Shown: positions 1 to 9,711, numbered from the stretch's first letter. The stretch: DNA of 35,958 bases from Candidatus Hodarchaeota archaeon (GCA_048887225.1 JBHLJY010000024.1:2544-38501), one strand, 5' to 3'. Program-made: numbers and translations. Notes: generated from the sequence alone by a model not told the origin.

Positions 1-600
1 AATTGGTCCTGAAGATTAAAAATTAATTAAAAAAAAGAAAATATTTTAAATTAAAAATTAGCCAAATACATAGGACCAAAGAGAGATTTTTGGTTTTTCC
101 CCCTTTTTTTCAAAGTATCTTTGTCTTAATATCTGATATGTATGAATTCGTTTTATTATAGCATATATGATAAGCGTTCCGAAGAAGATGATTATGACAA
201 TCATATATGTAAATATCAGATAAGTTCTTGGAGAATTCAAACCTATCTCTAAAGGACCAGGGGGTAAAATAAAGAAATAAAGAACAATTGTGGTAAGACT
301 CAAAACAGAAAGTATAAAGAAGACTATAAAACCAAACTCAAACAATAAAGTATTTCTATTGATTCGCTCTTCTTTTGTTTCTAATGAAGTAAATTCTCTG
401 TAATCATTTTCTCTTTGATCGATTAATTCAAGAATTTTCGAAATTTTATCTCTAAATCTAATGATAAACACCTCTTTTTATAAAAATTATTTGATTATTA
501 ATGGACCATCCCTATATTAATAATTAGCGCAAATTTAGGTATTAATTTTAAAATAGATCCTTTCAGGATAAAAAAATTTTTTCAATTGGTCCTGGAGATT
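1..600 (+). repeat. 17-bp direct repeat AATTGGTCCTGRAGATT (1-17 and 584-600) flanking ORF 58..471
   Basis: 16/17 identical, read directly. Confidence 0.7.
58..471 (-). CDS. Hypothetical membrane protein (2 TM)
   Basis: 137-aa ORF with two long hydrophobic segments. Confidence 0.7.
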   Translation of the reverse strand: MFIIRFRDKISKILELIDQRENDYREFTSLETKEERINRNTLLFEFGFIVFFILSVLSLTTIVLYFFILPPGPLEIGLNSPRTYLIFTYMIVIIIFFGTLIIYAIIKRIHTYQILRQRYFEKKGEKPKISLWSYVFG

Positions 601-675
601 TTTCTCCAATAAAAATATAAATATAAACAAAATAAAAGTTTAATTATACCAAATTGTAAATAAGGTTAATTAATA

Positions 676-948
676 ATGTCAGATAAAAAATTGAATAATG
701 ACGATCTCAAAAAAATTGAAATAGGTCTTAAAGGAATAGAAGAGAGTTTTAAGCAATTTGAAAGATTTGAAAATTTGATACCTCTATTAGGGAAATATTT
801 GGATCATCTTGATGAAAAAATAAATCCTTTATTTGAATTAGCAAAGAAAGCTGAAGTTTTCTTTGGAAAAATTTTATATATAAAAAGTTTAATGCCATTA
901 TTGCAAAAATTAGAAGAAGATAAGGAAAAGGATAAGAGTTTCATTTAA
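676..948 (+). CDS. Hypothetical helical protein
   Basis: 90-aa ATG ORF, co-oriented with the next gene. Confidence 0.65.
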   Translation: MSDKKLNNDDLKKIEIGLKGIEESFKQFERFENLIPLLGKYLDHLDEKINPLFELAKKAEVFFGKILYIKSLMPLLQKLEEDKEKDKSFI

Positions 949-979
949 AAATTTATAGGAATTTTACCCCCTTAAAATT

Positions 980-1483
980 ATGACATATTCATCAGAGAGA
1001 TTAGAGAAATTAGTTAAAGAATGTATAGAATTAGATGGAGAGATTGAAGAAAAATTAGAAGATCCCTCAATAGATTTTGGTTTTCTTGTTTATTTTCCAA
1101 AAGGAAGTAAACAACCACCTTTTACGATAACTAAATTAAAAAATAAACCAATTTTAGCCATTAGATGTATGGTTATTTTACCAGAAAAAATTAATGAAAT
1201 AGATCCATTGATTAAGTTAAATTATTTTACTGAATTAAAATTAGCATATCTACTTAAGGGTAACCATTTTATGATTGATGAAAATAAAAATCAGATAGAT
1301 TTGAGAGAAAGAATATATCTTGATAGAAATTATGAATTTTCTATTGAGAGTTTTAACGAACATTTTTGGAGAATAAGATTTTGTTTTGCTTATATCAGTA
1401 TATTAGGAGAGAAATTTAATTTACATTCTCTTTTACAAGAGGAAATAGAAGAAGATAAGAGTTTTGATGATCATTATGCATAA
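980..1483 (+). CDS. DUF2299-like archaeal protein (tentative)
   Basis: 167 aa; N-terminal pattern (..EKLEDPSIDFGFLVYFP..) and acidic tail resemble DUF2299-type proteins as recalled; not searched. Confidence 0.45.
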   Translation: MTYSSERLEKLVKECIELDGEIEEKLEDPSIDFGFLVYFPKGSKQPPFTITKLKNKPILAIRCMVILPEKINEIDPLIKLNYFTELKLAYLLKGNHFMIDENKNQIDLRERIYLDRNYEFSIESFNEHFWRIRFCFAYISILGEKFNLHSLLQEEIEEDKSFDDHYA

Positions 1484-1835
1484 CAAAAAAGTTATGATAA
1501 TAATATACGAAGTAATCAGGGTAAACCCTTTAAAAAATTGCGTAAGAATTATCAGATTTGATCACTAATGATCGCCTTCGATCATCTCCAAAAAAAATCC
1601 TTGGTTCCAGGAACAATAATCATATTAATCCGTTGATTTTTGTCGGGAAAAAATGAAAAAGTTACATAGTCATTTTTTTTTTGTCGGTTTCTCCGACAAA
1701 ATAGATCCCCTTAGAGATGGGAATAAATGCATTAAAATGCTTAATTTTAAGGGGTAAGGTCGATCGAAAAAAGTCTCCCCATTTGTGCTATATAATTCTG
1801 GTCTGGAATTTGTCGTTTTTTGTCGTCTCTCTACT

Positions 1836-2130
1836 AGCTTGTAGAATCACGAAAAAGCTTGTAAAAATGCAAATTTTCTTGTAAAATGGGGTGTTTTATT
1901 TGCGTCGGATTTTTTCTTTAAGAAGGAATTAGATTAAAGAAAATGTATAAATTCTTTATTTTTAATTAATAAGACAAAAATATTGAGCGTTAAGAATTAT
2001 TAGTATTGGCTAAAAAATTTAATGCATTTTTATTTTATATAAATACAAGCTTTTTTTGATTTTTACAAGCTTTTTTTGATTTTTACAAGAAATTTTTGAA
2101 TTTTACAAGCTTTTTTTAATTTTTACAAGA
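1836..2130. repeat. Two inverted 20-bp-period arrays (3x CTTGTA; 5x TACAAG) flanking an AT-rich spacer; candidate iteron origin
   Basis: CTTGTA at 1838, 1858, 1878; TACAAG at 2044, 2064, 2084, 2104, 2124 (unit TTTTACAAGCTTTTTTTGAT). Confidence 0.85.
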
Positions 2131-2440
2131 AAAATCACGAAAACGCAAACCACTTTTTATAAATGATATAATAAATATTATAAAAATTATTATTATTATT
2201 ATTATTTCGGAATAATTAGAATAATATCGAAACATACTATCGGAACAAAAATTATCTCATTTAGTTAATCCAAATCGAAAAGCGATGAATTGACTTTTCA
2301 AAAAATCACGAAAAATGCAATTTTCATTTTTTGAGTGTTTTTTTATTAACATATTAATAAAAATCGAAAAATGTTATGGATTGATCTTGATCTGATCGAA
2401 ATCAATCATATTATCTCGAAATCAGTCATCGCAAAATTAC

Positions 2441-2507
2441 CCAGGAAAAAAATTATCCAGGAGAAAAAATTATCCGGGAGAAAAAATTATTCAGGAGAAA
2501 AATTTTT
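2441..2507 (+). repeat. Tandem 16-17-bp repeat x4 (CCAGGAGAAAAAATTAT)
   Basis: Units start at 2441, 2457, 2474, 2491. Confidence 0.9.
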
Positions 2508-2521
2508 TTATGGCCATAATT

Positions 2522-3130
2522 TTATAGTAATTTTTTTATTTCTCTAAGGTCAAAAGGAAAAGTTTTATTTCTATATCCAATCCATTTCCCTTTAAACTCT
2601 GGACAATCAGAATATAATATATTGTTATGAAATGAGACTTGTTTATCTTGCACTTGAAAATAATAAATATATGGATAAAAATTATTTGCTGGATCCTCCT
2701 GGACACCATATGAAAATTCTTTATTAGTAATCTTTTTTGCAATCTGTAATGCCAATTCTAAAAAATCTTGCTTGTCATTATATGCTTTTGCATGTGCTGA
2801 ATACTTCGATACTTCTTTTGCTCTTGTATTACGATTATATATGTATTTTAATATTAAAATTAGCTGCTCCAGGAATGACCTATTATAAAATTTTTTTCGT
2901 TTTTCATTTATTTTTTTATTGAAAATATTCAAAATTCGATGGAAATCATTTTCTAAAATTTCATAGGATTTTATAATATTATAATTTCCATCCCAAATTT
3001 TATTGATATCAAAAATAAGCGCTTTTTTTTTAGCTAATTTGATTAATCCTGAACTGAATTGATTAGGATATAAATAATAAATTGTTTGTTCTTTTTCGAA
3101 ATTTAATTGCTGCTTTAAAAGATATTTCAT
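2522..3130 (-). CDS. Hypothetical protein, C-terminal half possibly YkyB-like
   Basis: 202 aa; IYNRNTRAK...AY..K and YYFQV..KQVSFH pattern. Confidence 0.5.
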   Translation of the reverse strand: MKYLLKQQLNFEKEQTIYYLYPNQFSSGLIKLAKKKALIFDINKIWDGNYNIIKSYEILENDFHRILNIFNKKINEKRKKFYNRSFLEQLILILKYIYNRNTRAKEVSKYSAHAKAYNDKQDFLELALQIAKKITNKEFSYGVQEDPANNFYPYIYYFQVQDKQVSFHNNILYSDCPEFKGKWIGYRNKTFPFDLREIKKLL

Positions 3131-3154
3131 CTTTAAATCTAATTTACTTAAACT

Positions 3155-3487
3155 CTATTTAATTTTAATATGATTTAACATGCGATCTGCTACATATTTC
3201 GGTTTACAAAAGGGTTCGCATTTGTTTATTATCTTTAATCGCAATTTACGAGTCTCAAAACAAATTCTTTCAATTAGAAATAAGTCTATTATCGCATGGG
3301 TAAATTCATAAAAATAAATATCTTCAATCTCGAAAACCGTATCTAAAAGGAATGGTCTCGTCTTTAAGTAATCTTGAATAAAATCAAAAAGTCTGGCTAA
3401 ATAGATTTTTATCTCATTCTTTTTAGGATAATTAGCAGCTAACCATTTTTTTGTCTTCCTGAGAGAAATTTTATATATAATATTCAT
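3155..3487 (-). CDS. Hypothetical protein
   Basis: 110-aa ORF within the operon. Confidence 0.6.
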   Translation of the reverse strand: MNIIYKISLRKTKKWLAANYPKKNEIKIYLARLFDFIQDYLKTRPFLLDTVFEIEDIYFYEFTHAIIDLFLIERICFETRKLRLKIINKCEPFCKPKYVADRMLNHIKIK

Positions 3488-3497
3488 TTTATTAATT

Positions 3498-3722
3498 TCA
3501 TTTTGAGAATTTCGTTTTTGGATTTCTTATTTTTTCAATTCCTATCCCTAATAAGAAGGGGAAAATACTATTCTTTAACTTGAATGTCCGCATCGCATAC
3601 ACTCTCATTATACATCGAAATCGAAAGCATAAGAATTCAATTGCTTGAATGACATCTATTTCTTCAGGGTTTTTAATATCTGCAAACTCCACTTTCCAAG
3701 CCTTATTTCGTGCCCGACTCAA
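3498..3722 (-). CDS. Hypothetical protein
   Basis: 74 aa; TTG start overlaps the upstream stop. Confidence 0.5.
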   Translation of the reverse strand: MSRARNKAWKVEFADIKNPEEIDVIQAIEFLCFRFRCIMRVYAMRTFKLKNSIFPFLLGIGIEKIRNPKTKFSK

Positions 3723-3859
3723 ATAAAACCCAACCTCTTCAAATCTTTTTTTACCTCTCTTTTAGTATAAGGTTTAAATATTTTATTAAATAAATATTGA
3801 GATTTCTTAGATTTCATTAGTCCTTTTTTAGTAAAAAGAATTTTTAGCCATTTAATCAT
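3719..3859 (-). CDS. Small basic hypothetical protein (46 aa, not in ORF track)
   Basis: Hand-translated MIKWLKILFTKKG...KRLGFI; stop overlaps the next start. Confidence 0.45.
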   Translation of the reverse strand: MIKWLKILFTKKGLMKSKKSQYLFNKIFKPYTKREVKKDLKRLGFI

Positions 3860-3865
3860 TTCTTT

Positions 3866-4030
3866 TCAGGATCTTTTATCGTTTTTTAAATAAAAATCTA
3901 AATAAGTAAAACTTTTCTTGGAATTGCAATTAAAACAATGTAAATCAATTTGTTCTATTTTCTTTCTCAGTTTAAATGGTATTTTAATTATGTGTATGAT
4001 TCCACACTCACATTGAACTTTTATTTTCAT
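3866..4030 (-). CDS. Zn-ribbon microprotein (54 aa, not in ORF track)
   Basis: MKIKVQCECG...LHCFNCNS...; GGAGG upstream. Confidence 0.65.
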   Translation of the reverse strand: MKIKVQCECGIIHIIKIPFKLRKKIEQIDLHCFNCNSKKSFTYLDFYLKNDKRS

Positions 4031-4174
4031 TTCTGTTTAGCCTCCTTTTCTTTTATTGTCAAAAGCGCTTTATAAATTAAGATTTTTAATTGAAGAATTG
4101 AAAGTTTTTCCAATTTATTGGTATCCAAAAGCTTTTTTTTCGTTTTAGGATCGAAAAGCCATCCCATAATAGAA

Positions 4175-6598
4175 TTACCCATTCAGAAAATCACCTTTTT
4201 TTATGAAAACTTTATCTTTAACTAACGAATCAATTGTTTTTTCAATCAAATCTTTTGAATATGTAGTTTCAAGTTCAATAATCTGAACAATACTTCGAAT
4301 CTCTAATTGTCTAACGTTATTCTCCTTAAAAAGCTCAATAATATTGCCTTTAATTTTATCTTTTAAACTAGTTTTATTAATGAAGTGAGTTTTATTATTG
4401 AGGAGGTCCATTATATATCTCTTTTTCTCAATGAAATCCTGATTTTCAGCTAAAAGTGTTTTATATTTTGTATTTGATAAGTTTGTTTCATTTGAAATGA
4501 AATTTTCTAGCCTTGAGAATTCTTTTCCTAATTCTGTTTGATCGTCTCCCTGGAAATAATTTGTCTCTAAATATTCTCTTAAAAATTTTATATGCTCTCC
4601 AACTGAGAAATCTACATATAATTCTGTTAGTAAATCAAATGAATTTTGAAAAATTTCAGCAATATCAATTGTACGTTCCTTTATTATAAAATCATTATCT
4701 TGAAATGGTATAACTGTATTAATTAAATATTTCTTGAAATACTCAAGATCGCTATCATTTACTTCTTTTCTAAGTCTCATAGCAGCAATTCCTTTGAGTG
4801 TTCGTTTAATAATATCTGGTTCTCTTGGATTTAAAATAACATTTTTGTATTTTTTTTTATACGTAATTATTGAATCATATAAGCTATCAATCACTCTCTC
4901 AATTTTTATAGGAATATCGATCCCTTCAGAGTATTGCCTTTTTGCTTCAATAAAATAATTAAAAATAATCTCATCACTTTCAAGAAATTTGGGTTTATAC
5001 GCTTTGGTTCCTCTTTTTACTAATACTTTTACAATTCCTTCTGTATTTCTTGGAATCCGATAATGTAAATCAAATCGATCCAATACTGATTTTTGATCTT
5101 CTGGAAATCCCAAATTTTCTACTAACCTTTTTGAAAAATCATATGCTTCATCCTCAGAACGATAATTTAAAGCAAAACTCACAGTACCTTTTGCAGGAGC
5201 ACTAATTGTAGTTCCATCTAAGGCCCTTGTTATTTCTCCTTCTTCATAGCATTTAAAACATTCTAATGCATCAGGATCTTTTGCATATAAATATTGAGCC
5301 TCATCTATTACAAAATGCTTTTTATTATAATATGGGATTGCACCATATCTTTTCACTAAATTCTTTTCATTATTGTTTCGTTGAGCTACTGGGACCAGAC
5401 CTTTTGATGTAGTATTTTTCCCATATATAATCCCAAAATTATTTGCTCCCAATTTTTCTTTAAAGGCCATAGCGATTTTAGATTTCATTGTTCCTGAATG
5501 ACCTGCAACAATAGAATTTAACCCATTTCTGATATTTGTATATGAATCGCTTGTTATAAATCCTAAAGAATAACATAATTTAATTGGAAAAAAGTTTATA
5601 ATATTTTGAGAATAAGGATGGATTGAATCTATAATTTTATTACAATACAGAGAATCTTTAGCCAAATCCTTTTTAATTCTTTTTACAATTTTAGGATTAA
5701 TATCATTTGTATGACCTGATTCAATATCTAATACTTCAATATAATAAAAAAGCGTTTGATCTTCTTTGTTTGAAAATAGATCTGCCGTATCCATTTTTAA
5801 AAAACCTAATATTTCTATTTCATCATTGCACGTGATATGTTTTGCTTTTTCATTAAAATAATCAATACAATGCGAAATGTAACATCTTATCTCATTAATT
5901 ATATCCTTATTTTCAAGATCTATAATTGTAAATGTTCTTTTTTCATATTTTATTGATTTTTTTTCTAACAATGCGAAATCTGATTTATATTTTGCTTTAC
6001 ATCGTTTATTTATACAAAATTTTGGAGTTTGATATTTTTCTCTTGTTTTACGATAGTAAGGGATTATCTCAAACTCATGGCCACATACTAAGCATTGAAA
6101 CATCATTTTCTCAAATTCTACCATGCGTTCTAATCCTAAAGACATAAATCGCCCTTTAAACCAAAAAATTTTTCCCTGGTCCTGAGTTAAATCTTTTTCA
6201 AAATTATCTCTTAAAGGTATTAAAAATTCCGCATCTTTATTATCTGGAATAATATGAATAATTTTTTGGCTATTATCATCTCTCAAAAGATATTTATTTA
6301 ATTCAGGCTCTATAAACTTCGCGACATTTATTAAAGCCTCTCTAAAATCTTCAAGAAAAAGTTCAGGTTCTTTGCGAAATTTTTTTAAGAGGGGTTCAAA
6401 CATACTTTCTGAAAGTAGATTTTTAAGCTTAAATCTAATAATTGGATTATTTGATCCGTCAATTGTCAATTGTTTAACTAAATCCTCAGCACATTTTAAT
6501 TTTCTAATTCTAATGAGCTCTTCACATAAATTAATATAATTAATCGGTTTCGTTGGTTTTGGTCCTGAATCCTTACTTTTACTCTCTACTATTTCCAA
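4175..6598 (-). CDS. mcm: Divergent MCM replicative helicase
   Basis: Zn finger CLVC..C-x4-C; Walker A GHSGTMKS; Walker B VIDE; arginine finger LDRFDL; sensor-2 NPRE; probable C-terminal winged helix. Confidence 0.9.
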   Translation of the reverse strand: MEIVESKSKDSGPKPTKPINYINLCEELIRIRKLKCAEDLVKQLTIDGSNNPIIRFKLKNLLSESMFEPLLKKFRKEPELFLEDFREALINVAKFIEPELNKYLLRDDNSQKIIHIIPDNKDAEFLIPLRDNFEKDLTQDQGKIFWFKGRFMSLGLERMVEFEKMMFQCLVCGHEFEIIPYYRKTREKYQTPKFCINKRCKAKYKSDFALLEKKSIKYEKRTFTIIDLENKDIINEIRCYISHCIDYFNEKAKHITCNDEIEILGFLKMDTADLFSNKEDQTLFYYIEVLDIESGHTNDINPKIVKRIKKDLAKDSLYCNKIIDSIHPYSQNIINFFPIKLCYSLGFITSDSYTNIRNGLNSIVAGHSGTMKSKIAMAFKEKLGANNFGIIYGKNTTSKGLVPVAQRNNNEKNLVKRYGAIPYYNKKHFVIDEAQYLYAKDPDALECFKCYEEGEITRALDGTTISAPAKGTVSFALNYRSEDEAYDFSKRLVENLGFPEDQKSVLDRFDLHYRIPRNTEGIVKVLVKRGTKAYKPKFLESDEIIFNYFIEAKRQYSEGIDIPIKIERVIDSLYDSIITYKKKYKNVILNPREPDIIKRTLKGIAAMRLRKEVNDSDLEYFKKYLINTVIPFQDNDFIIKERTIDIAEIFQNSFDLLTELYVDFSVGEHIKFLREYLETNYFQGDDQTELGKEFSRLENFISNETNLSNTKYKTLLAENQDFIEKKRYIMDLLNNKTHFINKTSLKDKIKGNIIELFKENNVRQLEIRSIVQIIELETTYSKDLIEKTIDSLVKDKVFIKKGDFLNG

Positions 6599-6611
6599 TC
6601 ACCAGGGTTTT

Positions 6612-7373
6612 TCAAAATATTGTATAAGAAATTTCAGAGGCTATTTCATATTTATCTAATAAATTCACTAAAGATTCTTTTAATTCCAGCTTTTTTTTAA
6701 TTTTATTTGGGAGCTCATTAATTTGTCCCATGACATATTCTAAGTTTTTCCTTGTATGCCATTTATATTTACGATTAGACATTGCACCAAGCCAAATTGA
6801 ATCACAGAAACGATATATCTTTTCGATTAACCACACAGGATTTTGATCAAGAAAAGGTTCAATAGAAACGCTTACTTTAAAATTTCTATTAAATGCATAT
6901 TCTAAGCATAAGAATCGGACCTCTATTAAAGGCGCTTCGCTCTCCCATTTTACAGCCATAGAATCCCATTTTGAAGTAATAGTAAATCGAAACTCTATTC
7001 TCTCTCGATATGGCTTCAAAACTTCACATAATTTTTGAATACAATTAAAATTCGGTTTACTAACTATGAGTATTTGATTTTCTGATTCATTGATAATTCT
7101 CAGGATAAATTCGATGCATTTCTCAAGATTATTGGGTGTTATATCGTGTGAAGTAAAACACATAACTCCTCTCTCATAATATTTGCTTACGTTCTGGTTA
7201 AATGCTTTTTCATTAAATATTGGTTTATCCCATCCTTCTGAGGGACACCAACCCCCATATAGAGCAATCGCTTTTGCATAACAATAAACACAGTTGTTTT
7301 CACATCCCTTATATATTCCATAGGTCTTATCAACCCATTCATGTGTACCTTTGAGCTTTTTCCCCATTTTCAC
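6612..7373 (-). CDS. Radical-SAM-fold protein (DUF5131/Gp37Gp68- or SPL-like)
   Basis: GCENNCVYCYA (CxxxCxxC); VSIEPFL motif. Confidence 0.8.
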   Translation of the reverse strand: MKMGKKLKGTHEWVDKTYGIYKGCENNCVYCYAKAIALYGGWCPSEGWDKPIFNEKAFNQNVSKYYERGVMCFTSHDITPNNLEKCIEFILRIINESENQILIVSKPNFNCIQKLCEVLKPYRERIEFRFTITSKWDSMAVKWESEAPLIEVRFLCLEYAFNRNFKVSVSIEPFLDQNPVWLIEKIYRFCDSIWLGAMSNRKYKWHTRKNLEYVMGQINELPNKIKKKLELKESLVNLLDKYEIASEISYTIF

Positions 7374-7564
7374 ACCATCTCTGTTGATATTGTATTGGAA
7401 ATTTCAGATTCTATTTTTTGACCAGTTATTTTTAATGAATGTTTAAATTCGCAATTCAAACAAATTGATACTTTATGCTTTCTACATTTCTCAGGATATT
7501 TACATTCGCAAGAAATATACATATTAAATTCAATCCATTTGTATAATTTTATTTCCATCCTCAA
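7370..7564 (-). CDS. Cys-rich microprotein
   Basis: CEC..C..CLNC; overlaps both neighbours. Confidence 0.55.
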   Translation of the reverse strand: MRMEIKLYKWIEFNMYISCECKYPEKCRKHKVSICLNCEFKHSLKITGQKIESEISNTISTEMV

Positions 7565-7748
7565 ACCATCTCTCTTGATTTTTTATAAAATAATTGATAA
7601 AATCTTTAAAGTCGTCAATATCTCCATGAGATAACATAAACCTCATTAATAATGAAGCAGCTTTTTTTTCTGAAATTCCAAATTCGCTAACTACTTTTTG
7701 AATCGCTTCCTCAAAATTATTATTTTCTAATTTTTTAGGTGTCCACAT
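7530..7748 (-). CDS. Hypothetical protein
   Basis: 72 aa, translationally coupled. Confidence 0.6.
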   Translation of the reverse strand: MWTPKKLENNNFEEAIQKVVSEFGISEKKAASLLMRFMLSHGDIDDFKDFINYFIKNQERWFEDGNKIIQMD

Positions 7749-8066
7749 CTATTTTCTCCTATAGCTCCTTTTTCTTTCTTTCTTTTTCAAATTCGAGATA
7801 TTCATTAAATCCCCCTTTCTAAATTGGGTATCCAAGATATTTATTACATCCTTACCAAGAGCATTCGAGACCTTTTTTAACTCTGATTTCGTTAATGGTT
7901 TATAATTGCGAATTATTTTATCTAAGAAACGGATTGCTCCCTCAATTTTACAAAATTCCTTAATCTGCTGTCCAATTGGACACTTATAACAATCCCCATA
8001 TTCTTTCGAATATTTTTTACAAAAATCTACTAAATAATTATGCAAATTTACAATAATTTGAATCAT
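7749..8066 (-). CDS. Cys-containing hypothetical protein
   Basis: C..CYKCP..C pattern, basic tail. Confidence 0.6.
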   Translation of the reverse strand: MIQIIVNLHNYLVDFCKKYSKEYGDCYKCPIGQQIKEFCKIEGAIRFLDKIIRNYKPLTKSELKKVSNALGKDVINILDTQFRKGDLMNISNLKKKERKRSYRRK

Positions 8067-8224
8067 CTTTTTACTTCACTTCCACTTTCCTTAACAATCC
8101 ATTGACAATTACATTTAGAGCATTTTTCTTCCTTTAATTCCTCTTCTGATAAATGTGAGTCGCATAAAGGACAAATTTTAGGAATACCTATAACACTTTT
8201 TACAAATGCCCATCTTGCAGTCAT
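8063..8224 (-). CDS. Zn-ribbon microprotein (53 aa, not in ORF track)
   Basis: MTARWAF...CPLC...CSKC; ATGA overlap with the next gene. Confidence 0.65.
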   Translation of the reverse strand: MTARWAFVKSVIGIPKICPLCDSHLSEEELKEEKCSKCNCQWIVKESGSEVKR

Positions 8225-8227
8225 AGC

Positions 8228-8626
8228 TTATTGCTCTTTATTATTGTTTTCTTTTATTTTATCAGAGCATTCTTTACTACACGAAGATAATGGTGTTGCA
8301 GCAGGTAAACCATTATTATCTGTTGTTTGAATTATCTTACCACAGACAGGACACTTTTGAAAATAAAAACCATCACAATACTTCCTCATAACAAACGTGC
8401 AGATTTCACATATCATAGAAATTGGCATAAAAATATATCCATTATTGGGATTTTGACACCTACAGCAATGTGTTTTGTTCAAAAGGTCTGCACAGAAATG
8501 ACCACACATATGTGTAAATCCTTTTGATAATGCAAATTCATTTATTTGAACCATTTCATACATCACCTTTTTTTTACCATATACCTCTTTTGGATTTAAT
8601 AGGTATAAGTCCTTTGTAAATAACAT
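8228..8626 (-). CDS. Multi-Cys Zn-finger protein
   Basis: CGHFC, CCRC, CEIC, CPVC, CSKEC. Confidence 0.7.
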   Translation of the reverse strand: MLFTKDLYLLNPKEVYGKKKVMYEMVQINEFALSKGFTHMCGHFCADLLNKTHCCRCQNPNNGYIFMPISMICEICTFVMRKYCDGFYFQKCPVCGKIIQTTDNNGLPAATPLSSCSKECSDKIKENNNKEQ

Positions 8627-8780
8627 CTAACTCCTTTCCAACTTCAATTATAAAAAGAAATGCTTTACAGCTTTTACATAAATAACCAACTTTTTCCCTA
8701 TTAGAGCCATCATGTCTAATGAACATTGAATACATTTTACCATTACAATTGGTGCATTTTGGCATTTTATATGCTGGCAT
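8574..8780 (-). CDS. Zn-ribbon protein
   Basis: CTNC...CKSC. Confidence 0.65.
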   Translation of the reverse strand: MPAYKMPKCTNCNGKMYSMFIRHDGSNREKVGYLCKSCKAFLFIIEVGKELDVIYKGLIPIKSKRGIW

Positions 8781-8955
8781 TATTTTTCACATCATGCTCT
8801 TTATTATTTTTTTCTTTTTTTAGCTGCTTTTCTTTCCATTCTTTCATAAATTTTTTAAATTCTGATTCTTTGATCCCTAATTTCGTATCTCGATCTTCCT
8901 TCTTTTTGAATTTCTGTTCCCAATCGAAATAGGAATCGGCCACTGGGTTAATCAC
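8767..8955 (-). CDS. Small charged protein
   Basis: 62 aa, coupled. Confidence 0.5.
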   Translation of the reverse strand: MINPVADSYFDWEQKFKKKEDRDTKLGIKESEFKKFMKEWKEKQLKKEKNNKEHDVKNNASI

Positions 8956-9076
8956 CTTTACTTGCCAACTCCTCTTTTAGTTTCTCTATTTCATCTATTG
9001 TCTCAGTGATCTTCTGCTTATTGTCCTTATACAATTTTAGCAGCTCCTCTTCAGACATTTTTTCTATTTTTTCCAT
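8948..9076 (-). CDS. Small coiled-coil protein (42 aa, not in ORF track)
   Basis: MEKIEKMSEEELLKLY...; GGAGG upstream. Confidence 0.55.
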   Translation of the reverse strand: MEKIEKMSEEELLKLYKDNKQKITETIDEIEKLKEELASKGD

Positions 9077-9101
9077 TTAATCATTCCTCCACTAATCTTT
9101 G

Positions 9102-9137
9102 GACCAGGCAGGTATATCGCAACCTGAAGACCTGGTC
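9102..9137. promoter_or_regulatory. GC-rich bulged inverted repeat in an intergenic region
   Basis: GACCAGG-CAGGT-(8 nt)-ACCTG-AAGA-CCTGGTC. Confidence 0.55.
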
Positions 9138-9182
9138 ATGGTATATATAAAAATAAAAAAAAAATTGAAATATAATTTAAAT

Positions 9183-9470
9183 TTACAACTCTGCATTTCC
9201 AAGTTCCCTTAATTTGATTTTTACATTTCCTTGAATGATTGTCTCTTCATGCAAAATAATCTGTTTACTCGTTTTTGATGTATTATTGTCGTTAATCATT
9301 GTTTTGGGATTTATATTATTCAATTTTATTGCTTTGAATTCTCTAATTATTTTCTCTCGTATGGCCTGTCTACCCAATTCTGCCATTGTCGGAAAAACTG
9401 CATTTTCTCCTACTAATTGTTCCATTAGATCGAAGTAACCTTTTTCCATCCTAGCTCCTACAACTTTCAA
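9183..9470 (-). CDS. RHH (CopG/Arc/MetJ-type) DNA-binding protein
   Basis: VVGARM..FPTMAELGRQAIRE. Confidence 0.7.
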   Translation of the reverse strand: MKVVGARMEKGYFDLMEQLVGENAVFPTMAELGRQAIREKIIREFKAIKLNNINPKTMINDNNTSKTSKQIILHEETIIQGNVKIKLRELGNAEL

Positions 9471-9708
9471 TTTGTTTCACTCCTGGAATTAAATTTAATT
9501 TTAGATCATTTTTTTCCTCAAAGAACCCCAGTAGCTCTAATTCTTCTCTCTGCTTTTGAAGAAATTCTCTTAATGCCGTTCTTACAAATTCTGAACGACT
9601 GGGAGTTATTTTAAGATCTATCAGCTTCAAAATATTTTCATCGTAAAGATCTGGAATATTTATTGTAATATTCTTCATCGGAGCTTTTCCTTCTTTTTTT
9701 TTAGGCAT
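9451..9708 (-). CDS. RHH (CopG/Arc/MetJ-type) DNA-binding protein
   Basis: NITINIP..PSRSEFVRTALREFL. Confidence 0.85.
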   Translation of the reverse strand: MPKKKEGKAPMKNITINIPDLYDENILKLIDLKITPSRSEFVRTALREFLQKQREELELLGFFEEKNDLKLNLIPGVKQIESCRS

Positions 9709-9711
9709 CTT

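Noticed and set aside
2041-2507. CRISPR array
   Set aside because: Repeats are tandem with no unique spacers; no cas genes
9102-9180. Hammerhead ribozyme (CTGAAGA core at 9124)
   Set aside because: No stem II followed by GAAA
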